Notes under the pieces: model-generated | The model's database searches: none | What the model was told of the DNA's origin: nothing | Seen by the model: only the letters and a program-made list of their open reading frames with translations | Position numbers and translations under genes: made by a program | Source of the DNA: a virus | Taxonomy: Duplodnaviria > Heunggongvirae > Uroviricota > Caudoviricetes | IMG/VR virus record: IMGVR_UViG_3300013800_000001 | Coordinates: 86,065 to 99,376 of that record | Strand: one strand, 5' to 3' | DNA: 13,312 nucleotides | Shown: one piece after another, positions 7,156 to 12,637 of the stretch | Layout of the letters: every line of letters begins with the position of its first letter | How positions within the stretch are numbered: position 1 is the first letter of the stretch

Positions 7156-8670
7156 TTAGAGCTGGAATTGATCTATATCTCCAAACATTTGACTTCTGAA
7201 AATGTCCCCAATTGGACGGCTTTTTGGCATGTTATACCCATACTTATTCGATACTGAAGTAAATACTGGTGTAACCACTACACTGTCAAATACAGACACA
7301 TTAAACAGCAAATCTATGCTAATGCTTTCAGTAATAGCAATATCATCAGATACACTTATTTCTGATATTATTATTATTTCTGTACTTTCTGAAACGGATA
7401 CCGATTCAGATACGCTTGCTCCAGCCTGAGTAACACGGCTTATAGAGACATCCTCTGCCACCGTTATTGTGTCTGAAACCTCAAAGTATAAGACAGATAT
7501 GCTTAGTGAAGTGTCTTCTGTAGCTGTTATAGCGTCAAACACTGATAGGAACAGAGTCGTAATAGTAAGAGAAACACTTTCTGTAACAGAAACAGTATCA
7601 AATACAATGATCTGGGTATCACTAGTGCTTATGTTAGTACTTTCAGCTACTGATACTGAATCAAAGACTGATAGATATAGCACTGGTATGTGAAGAGATA
7701 TATCTTCTGTTATTGTCACCAGGTCTGATGCGAAAGCAGACAATGTATTACCCATCTGTGGGGTATCGTTGACAGCTACAGATTCAAAAACATCTATAAA
7801 CAGTACAGGTATTAATAGATCTGGAGAGTCAATAACAGATACAGAATCATTAACGCTAACTGGTAATGGGATGCTTAAAGAAATGTTTTCTAATACAGAT
7901 ACAGAATCAAACACTAACAAATCAGTGTTTATAGTAAAAGATACATTTTCACTAATAGAGACAGTATCAACTATTGGTGTAGGCAAAGAATAGCTTATCT
8001 GAAGCTCTTCTGTTACTGTCACAGAATCAAAAACACTAAGTGTAACTCCTCCAGAGATTAGTGATAGCACTACATCTTCAGAAACAGTTACAGTATTGTT
8101 AACAGATACAGGAAGTGGAATACTTAGAGATATATCTTCTGAAACGGTTGCCGTATCATTTACGCTCACTGGCAGTGAGATGCTTAAAGAAACGCTTTCT
8201 GATACGCTTATCGAATCAAAAATTGGTGTAGGCAAAGAGTAAGAAAGAACTATATCTTCACTTACAGTAATAGCATCAAATACAGATAGATTGGTGTTTA
8301 TGTTGAAAGATACATTCTCTGTAACTGTTACAGTATCTACTATTGGTGTAGGGAGGCTGTAACTAAGCAATACAAACTCAGTAACCGTTACGGTATCAAA
8401 AACAGAGACATTGAGAGAAATGTTCAAAGACACTGATTCAGTTACCGTTACAGCATCATTTACAGATATCTGAGTGTCAATACTTAATGATGTGTTTTCT
8501 ACTACCGTTACAGCATCAAAAACCGATACAGTTAATGTCGGTATAAATACAGATACATTTTCAGTTATAGAGACAGATTCAAAAACACTGACCGATAGGT
8601 CAGTACCAGTTGCGTATAATTCCGTTGACTGGGCGAAATATCCCCGCCCAAAAGGAAATAATCCAAACAT
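7156..8670 (-). CDS. Putative virion fibre-like protein: short MFG...PFG head + ~22 acidic V/S/T repeats + shared C-terminal cap
   Basis: 504 aa. The start overlaps the upstream stop (TAATG). Repeats span aa 29-468, and NKYGYNMPKSRPIGD lies near the C-terminus. Only 6 Lys/Arg in the whole protein. Confidence 0.65.
   Translation of the reverse strand: MFGLFPFGRGYFAQSTELYATGTDLSVSVFESVSITENVSVFIPTLTVSVFDAVTVVENTSLSIDTQISVNDAVTVTESVSLNISLNVSVFDTVTVTEFVLLSYSLPTPIVDTVTVTENVSFNINTNLSVFDAITVSEDIVLSYSLPTPIFDSISVSESVSLSISLPVSVNDTATVSEDISLSIPLPVSVNNTVTVSEDVVLSLISGGVTLSVFDSVTVTEELQISYSLPTPIVDTVSISENVSFTINTDLLVFDSVSVLENISLSIPLPVSVNDSVSVIDSPDLLIPVLFIDVFESVAVNDTPQMGNTLSAFASDLVTITEDISLHIPVLYLSVFDSVSVAESTNISTSDTQIIVFDTVSVTESVSLTITTLFLSVFDAITATEDTSLSISVLYFEVSDTITVAEDVSISRVTQAGASVSESVSVSESTEIIIISEISVSDDIAITESISIDLLFNVSVFDSVVVTPVFTSVSNKYGYNMPKSRPIGDIFRSQMFGDIDQFQL
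7264..8586 (-). repeat. Coding tandem array of ~22 units of 20-23 aa (mostly 60 nt)
   Basis: Units begin V/I-[FSN]-[DE]-[STA]-[VI]-[ST]-[VI]-[TS]-E and were delimited by hand from the translation. Confidence 0.9.
8099..8147. repeat. 49-bp direct repeat copy B
   Basis: See copy A. Both copies encode VSEDISLSIPLPVSVN, in two different genes. Confidence 0.95.
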
Positions 8671-9347
8671 TATTCTATACCTATTCGATTACCCGTCTCT
8701 AGTTTTAAAAACGTTCCAGTCTCTAGTTTTATAGATGTCGTAGGAAAAGCAGGCTCTATAGAGATAGCGGCAGAAGCCCATCTTTGACCCGTATTTATAG
8801 ACCAACTCATCACCTCTGCTCCAGCAGTAGTTTGTAATGTTGTTGATGTTGCAAAGTCATCATATGAGTTACTTCCTTGAAGATTAGCTCTTGATGTCTG
8901 ATTCGCCCCTACTGTAGTGAATATGTCTTCAGAATAGTGAGAATCTATTATTAGGTTATTGTTAGATGTAGGTGTAATAGATACCGATGCCGTTGATCCA
9001 GATCCATTTGCTATAGCAAAAACTGATGGTTGCCCACTTATTCTTGTCTCGGTAAGGACGTATGCGACTACAGCTCTTCCACTTCCACCAGTTCCGTCAA
9101 AAAAGACATCATATGTCCCAACTGTAGGGTTATACTGATACCAAATCTCTACTCTCTCATCAAAAGCAGTGGCAGAAACAGCGCCAGACCTAGTCAATGA
9201 AACGCTATTGGCTTGTACGTCAACAACCGTCCCTTGATGAATACCAACGCATACAACAAGCATGGTAGCACCAGAAGAAACAGTTACGGACATTGTTTGA
9301 TCGGTGCTACCTATTTGACTGTATACGTTTTGTATTCCTACGCCCAT
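8670..9347 (-). CDS. Beta-rich putative virion decoration / fibre-tip protein (225 aa); start corrected from 9455 to 9347
   Basis: The track's N-terminal MWWWRWR... stretch is the off-frame reading of the upstream poly-Gly codons and overlaps the 9368..10321 gene. ATG at 9347 (MGVGIQNVYSQ...) lies 20 nt after the upstream stop. The sequence is beta-strand rich (TMLVVCVG, VEIWYQYNP, NNLIID, WASAAISIEP) and ends with a doubled KLETG motif. Confidence 0.65.
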   Translation of the reverse strand: MGVGIQNVYSQIGSTDQTMSVTVSSGATMLVVCVGIHQGTVVDVQANSVSLTRSGAVSATAFDERVEIWYQYNPTVGTYDVFFDGTGGSGRAVVAYVLTETRISGQPSVFAIANGSGSTASVSITPTSNNNLIIDSHYSEDIFTTVGANQTSRANLQGSNSYDDFATSTTLQTTAGAEVMSWSINTGQRWASAAISIEPAFPTTSIKLETGTFLKLETGNRIGIE

Positions 9348-9367
9348 AACTATACTTAATGTATTTT

Positions 9368-10321
9368 TTAAAAACAGCTGATGATTACTAATCCATCTCC
9401 ACCGTTTCCACCGTTTCCACCTGTCTGTCCAGCTCCTCCACCTCCACCACCACATCCATAACCACCATTTCCTCCATGTCCTCCTTGACCGTTGTCGTCA
9501 GTACCACCACCAGAACCCCCACAGTTTAAGAATGGAGCAAATGATTTAAGTCCAGCATTTCCGTGACCTCCGTTAGCGACACCAGCTCGGATAGCTGTAG
9601 TGGCCATTTCAATTTTGCCTGTAACAGAATATCTGGCAGTCAATGTGACAGGACCACCTGTAGTATCAGTTGTAGTAGCGATACCTCCGCCCCCTCCACC
9701 AGGAGAAAACATATTAGCTGCCCAAGCTGTTACAGCCGTACCGTTTCCACCAGTGTGCGCCCCTCCAGCAACTCCAACCAGGCCAACAGTAGCAACCCAG
9801 TTCCCATATAGATGATGAGGCTGAATAGTAGCAATAGTTGGTACTGTTCCTGCAGCACCTGCAGCACCGACAGCACCACCACCACCTGCTCCAGGTACGT
9901 TTACACCTGAAAGAAGCCATATGTTAGGTAGAGGAGCCATTGTTCCTGCAGTTAGAGGCGGACAAGTGCTTATGTATGAGTTTACTCCAGCACCTCCGTT
10001 CCCAGAGGAAACACCAGGGACACCCCCCTTTCCTCCGTTTCCAACATAGATATAAAGGACATCAGGAACAAAGATAGCGGGAACAAGAAAACGAGCGATA
10101 CCAGATGAAGCACCAGACCCACCCCCACCACCTGCTGTACCAGCGGTACGAGTGAAACCAGCACCACCACCTCCGCCACCGGAAATAGCGACAAAGTTAA
10201 TCATCGTACATCCCTTTGGCTTATACCATCTTTGTACCCCTTGGGCAGTAGTTCCTCCTAGTGGAAAAAAGACTTTAGTCTCACCTACCGAACCACTTGG
10301 TGTGTGAAATACATCTTGCAT
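9368..10321 (-). CDS. Glycine-rich (Gly_rich_2-type) putative tail fibre / receptor-binding protein
   Basis: 317 aa. QRWYKPKGCTMINFVAISGGGGGGAG start, long GGxGG runs, and GGNGGDGLVIISCF end match the conserved boundaries of phage glycine-rich domains. Confidence 0.7.
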   Translation of the reverse strand: MQDVFHTPSGSVGETKVFFPLGGTTAQGVQRWYKPKGCTMINFVAISGGGGGGAGFTRTAGTAGGGGGSGASSGIARFLVPAIFVPDVLYIYVGNGGKGGVPGVSSGNGGAGVNSYISTCPPLTAGTMAPLPNIWLLSGVNVPGAGGGGAVGAAGAAGTVPTIATIQPHHLYGNWVATVGLVGVAGGAHTGGNGTAVTAWAANMFSPGGGGGGIATTTDTTGGPVTLTARYSVTGKIEMATTAIRAGVANGGHGNAGLKSFAPFLNCGGSGGGTDDNGQGGHGGNGGYGCGGGGGGAGQTGGNGGNGGDGLVIISCF

Positions 10322-10332
10322 AGTATTATCTT

Positions 10333-10800
10333 TTAGTAATCACCTCCGAATACAATCGCCTTCCAAACCTGGTTAGTTGTTTGAGCCACATGTTGTGATA
10401 CATGAATATACTGACCTGAAGGAATAGCTTTCCCAATCGGAATTTCGTAGAAGTTAGTAGCGTTTGTTGAATGAGAAGAAACAACAATAGGGACTGATAT
10501 TTCACCGATACAGTGAGTGTTCGCCTGAGTAGTAGCTCCAGCTTCTGGTGCTGCTACAGATGACAAATAAACACGTAGTGTTGTTGCTACTGAAGAAGTA
10601 GCTGCTGTGTTTGCTACACAGGTAAAACGTACCGTATCTACAAAGCTACCGTTTGAACCTGCTGTGAAGGCAAGAACCATACGATCATTAGCTGATCCAG
10701 CTGATGTACCATCTGATTTTACTTGAGCATAGGTTGTTGTTATTACCGCTACACTGACTTTTGGAGTGAGGGTAAAAATTGGTGATTTATTTGCTGCCAT
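10333..10800 (-). CDS. Hypothetical phage structural protein (beta-sandwich-like, fibre-associated)
   Basis: 155 aa. The pattern MAANKSPIF...DG...FTAGSNGSFVD...TLRVYL...GEI...IPSG...GGDY is one I recall from uncultured-phage proteins next to glycine-rich fibre genes (not verified by search). Confidence 0.55.
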   Translation of the reverse strand: MAANKSPIFTLTPKVSVAVITTTYAQVKSDGTSAGSANDRMVLAFTAGSNGSFVDTVRFTCVANTAATSSVATTLRVYLSSVAAPEAGATTQANTHCIGEISVPIVVSSHSTNATNFYEIPIGKAIPSGQYIHVSQHVAQTTNQVWKAIVFGGDY

Positions 10801-10804
10801 AAAG

Positions 10805-11290
10805 TTATTTTAAATACTTAGCTTGTGAAATTGCCATATCTCGGCCGAAACCTTCTTCATCGAGAGTAAGGAGAGTCACCTTCTTTGTCACTGGTGTCCC
10901 CCCTGGATCTTCTACTACTATCGTTAAGTCAGTTTCTACTAATGCTGTATCTTCTGTTAATTCAGTAATTTTTGACCCTGCTTCTACATCTTCAAGAGTT
11001 TTAGCTGTAATGCTGGCTGCTATCTGATCACCGACTATTACTGTTCTGGCTGTAGTGCTTTCCTGTTCACGAGTAATCGTAAGAGTATCTGTAGAGATAT
11101 TAGTTACCCTGACTATCTCAGCATTAGCTGAAGTCGGTAGTGTAGCAGTAGGCCAAATTACGGCATTAAATGGTACTGCTGGGAATTTAGTGCCCTCTCC
11201 GCCAGTCACTACCAAGGAGGTACCAGTGGTCGCTGGAGAAGGAGCTGTTGCTACCAAACTGATAGCGAAATTCTTATGTGCGTCTGCCAT
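10805..11290 (-). CDS. Putative tail-fibre proximal/attachment-domain protein
   Basis: 161 aa. AEIVRVTNISTDTLTITREQESTTAR...GDQI is a fibre N-terminal-type motif. KITELTEDT...DLTIVV...TKKVTL is a common short fibre module. This is the first gene after the terminator. Confidence 0.55.
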   Translation of the reverse strand: MADAHKNFAISLVATAPSPATTGTSLVVTGGEGTKFPAVPFNAVIWPTATLPTSANAEIVRVTNISTDTLTITREQESTTARTVIVGDQIAASITAKTLEDVEAGSKITELTEDTALVETDLTIVVEDPGGTPVTKKVTLLTLDEEGFGRDMAISQAKYLK

Positions 11291-11320
11291 ATATATAGTT
11301 TTTTTAGACTAATCTGAACC

Positions 11321-11337
11321 AAGCATATCAAAGTCCT
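11321..11337 (-). promoter_or_regulatory. Repeated element copy 1 (AGGACTTTGATATGCTT), candidate promoter/operator
   Basis: Exact 17-bp match to 7133..7149. It sits between the terminator and the ATG at 11290 (30 nt gap). Confidence 0.5.
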
Positions 11338-11352
11338 TTAAGATTTCCATTT

Positions 11353-11396
11353 AAAAACAAAACAAAAAACACCCCTATTTGGAGTGTTTTTTGTTT
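11353..11396 (-). terminator. Intrinsic (rho-independent) terminator, potentially bidirectional
   Basis: Minus strand reads AAACAAAAAACACTCC-AAATA-GGGGTGTTTTTTGTTTTGTTTTT. There is a 13-bp perfect inverted repeat (11360-11372 / 11384-11396), extended inward by a U-G and two C-G pairs, with a 5-nt loop and a long U tract. It lies ~40 nt after the stop of the 91-aa gene. Confidence 0.85.
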
Positions 11397-11434
11397 GAAA
11401 TACGCTATTTTATTAGGTTTTTCAATTTACTTCT

Positions 11435-11710
11435 TCAGTTAGATGACTCTGGAGCTGCATCAATTGCTTCTTCTAGGCTACCAAACTCTTCTACTGACTC
11501 TGGTGATGGAAGGAATACTTCGTCACCTACTGCTACATCCTCTTCGATGCCTGGGTTGGCATCAATATCTTCTTGAGTGATAGTATGGGTTTCCATTCCT
11601 GCTGTAGGATCTAGAGTTGTTCCTGAAGCTGACTCAGCCTCTTCTCTTGTTACTTCTACACCGTCTACAAAGAACTTCTTCTCGTCTACTGGGTTTGTTG
11701 CTGATTCCAT
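11435..11710 (-). CDS. Small highly acidic hypothetical protein
   Basis: 91 aa with 25 Asp/Glu against 3 Lys/Arg. It starts 14 nt after the triple TAA stop of the glycosyltransferase gene and is followed by the terminator. Confidence 0.7.
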   Translation of the reverse strand: MESATNPVDEKKFFVDGVEVTREEAESASGTTLDPTAGMETHTITQEDIDANPGIEEDVAVGDEVFLPSPESVEEFGSLEEAIDAAPESSN

Positions 11711-11724
11711 ATGCGTGTTTATTA

Positions 11725-12636
11725 TTAAGCTGTTAATATACGTAATGCCTCCTGCCAGGTGATTTTACCTTCCATGAAAGCTTTAGGAAGCTGTGTTGGG
11801 TAAATAATACCTGTGTTTCTATCAATGTGCTTCACAAATATATTGGTGTCGACCAAGAATGGGAACTCCTTTTTCTGGAACTCAGGCCATCCTGCTTTTT
11901 CAAATATCTTATCCTTAATAAGGCGCTTGCACCATGCTAGGTCAGAGGTTCCAGATGAATTCATCCAGCCACCTGTTTCTGGGTCAATGTAGCTCTCAGA
12001 TGGAGCTTCAAAGACACGACGGGTAACTGTACCATTCACTACGTATTCTGGAGACTCATTCCATAGAGCCTTAATAATGCTTCCATGGATCAAATTGAAA
12101 CCGAAAGGAACTCCATCTACCCATACTTTCTGCCCGAGCTTCCAGTCAGCGTAATAACCAGTTCCATGCCCTCGATACAGAATAGGCTCTGGTGGCACTG
12201 ATTTTGTGAAATATAGCCCTGAAACGATTGGTGTATCATTCTTAATCATGTACTCGTTTATCTTCACTAGGGCGTCTAGCGGTGGAATATTGTCATCTTC
12301 CCATGAGAGAAACCAATCAAAATCTCCTTCTACCACTACTTTTGCTGTTAGATTCTCTGCATCAGCCAACTGATATCCAATTGGTGCATATGTGCTCATA
12401 AACTGATGCACATCTACCAAGCTGAAGTTTGTCGGGATTGTCTGTCCAAAACGGCCTTGTACCCACTCCATTCGCACTGTTCCAAGGGTTGGAGTAGAAA
12501 TAACCAATCGGTTTGTCCATCTACCTGGATTATTAGCCAAACTAGGCATTGACTTCATAAATGCTGGTGAGATCTCTTTTTTCTTCTTAGCTGCTGCTTT
12601 TTTTGCCTTAGGAGCCTTAGGTGCTGTGTCTTTCAT
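11725..12636 (-). CDS. GT-A fold (GT2-like) glycosyltransferase-like protein
   Basis: 303 aa. GT-A motif order: LVISTPT (beta1), AENL, DWFLSWEDDNIPPLDAL (DxD position), PIVSGLYFTK, VDGVPFGFNLI, SDLAWC, LVDTNIFVKH. Confidence 0.7.
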   Translation of the reverse strand: MKDTAPKAPKAKKAAAKKKKEISPAFMKSMPSLANNPGRWTNRLVISTPTLGTVRMEWVQGRFGQTIPTNFSLVDVHQFMSTYAPIGYQLADAENLTAKVVVEGDFDWFLSWEDDNIPPLDALVKINEYMIKNDTPIVSGLYFTKSVPPEPILYRGHGTGYYADWKLGQKVWVDGVPFGFNLIHGSIIKALWNESPEYVVNGTVTRRVFEAPSESYIDPETGGWMNSSGTSDLAWCKRLIKDKIFEKAGWPEFQKKEFPFLVDTNIFVKHIDRNTGIIYPTQLPKAFMEGKITWQEALRILTA

Positions 12637-12637
12637 A

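Noticed and set aside
4188-8147. Diversity-generating retroelement TR/VR pair or CRISPR repeat interpretation of the 49-bp repeat
   Set aside because: Only one synonymous mismatch, both copies lie mid-gene, there is no reverse transcriptase in the window, and there is no regular repeat-spacer array.
4269-8734. Plus-strand ORFs at 4269, 5838, 6453, 7202, 7469, 7769 and 8474
   Set aside because: All are antisense to long coding genes, and their T/D/S/V composition mirrors the repeat codons. The 217-aa ORF has no recognisable motif.
4891-8740. SIKLET-x-TF occurs in both the tailspike C-domain and the 225-aa C-terminus
   Set aside because: Short match in unrelated structural contexts, with different codons; probably coincidence.
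9348-9455. Trp/Arg-rich N-terminus MWWWRWRSW... of the 261-aa ORF
   Set aside because: Off-frame translation of the upstream gene's GGT/GGA run; the true start is most likely ATG 9347.
11309-11350. Micro-ORF MEILKDFDMLGSD spanning repeat copy 1; copy 2 also reads DFDML in one frame
   Set aside because: Copy 2's frame has no start codon before the motif and copy 3 contains stops, so a DNA/RNA-level element explains all three copies better than a peptide.
9563-11762. Small overlapping ORFs at 9563, 9600, 9714, 9982, 11055, 11379 and 11577
   Set aside because: Nested in or antisense to better-supported genes. The 1573..1767 nested ORF is rejected for the same reason.
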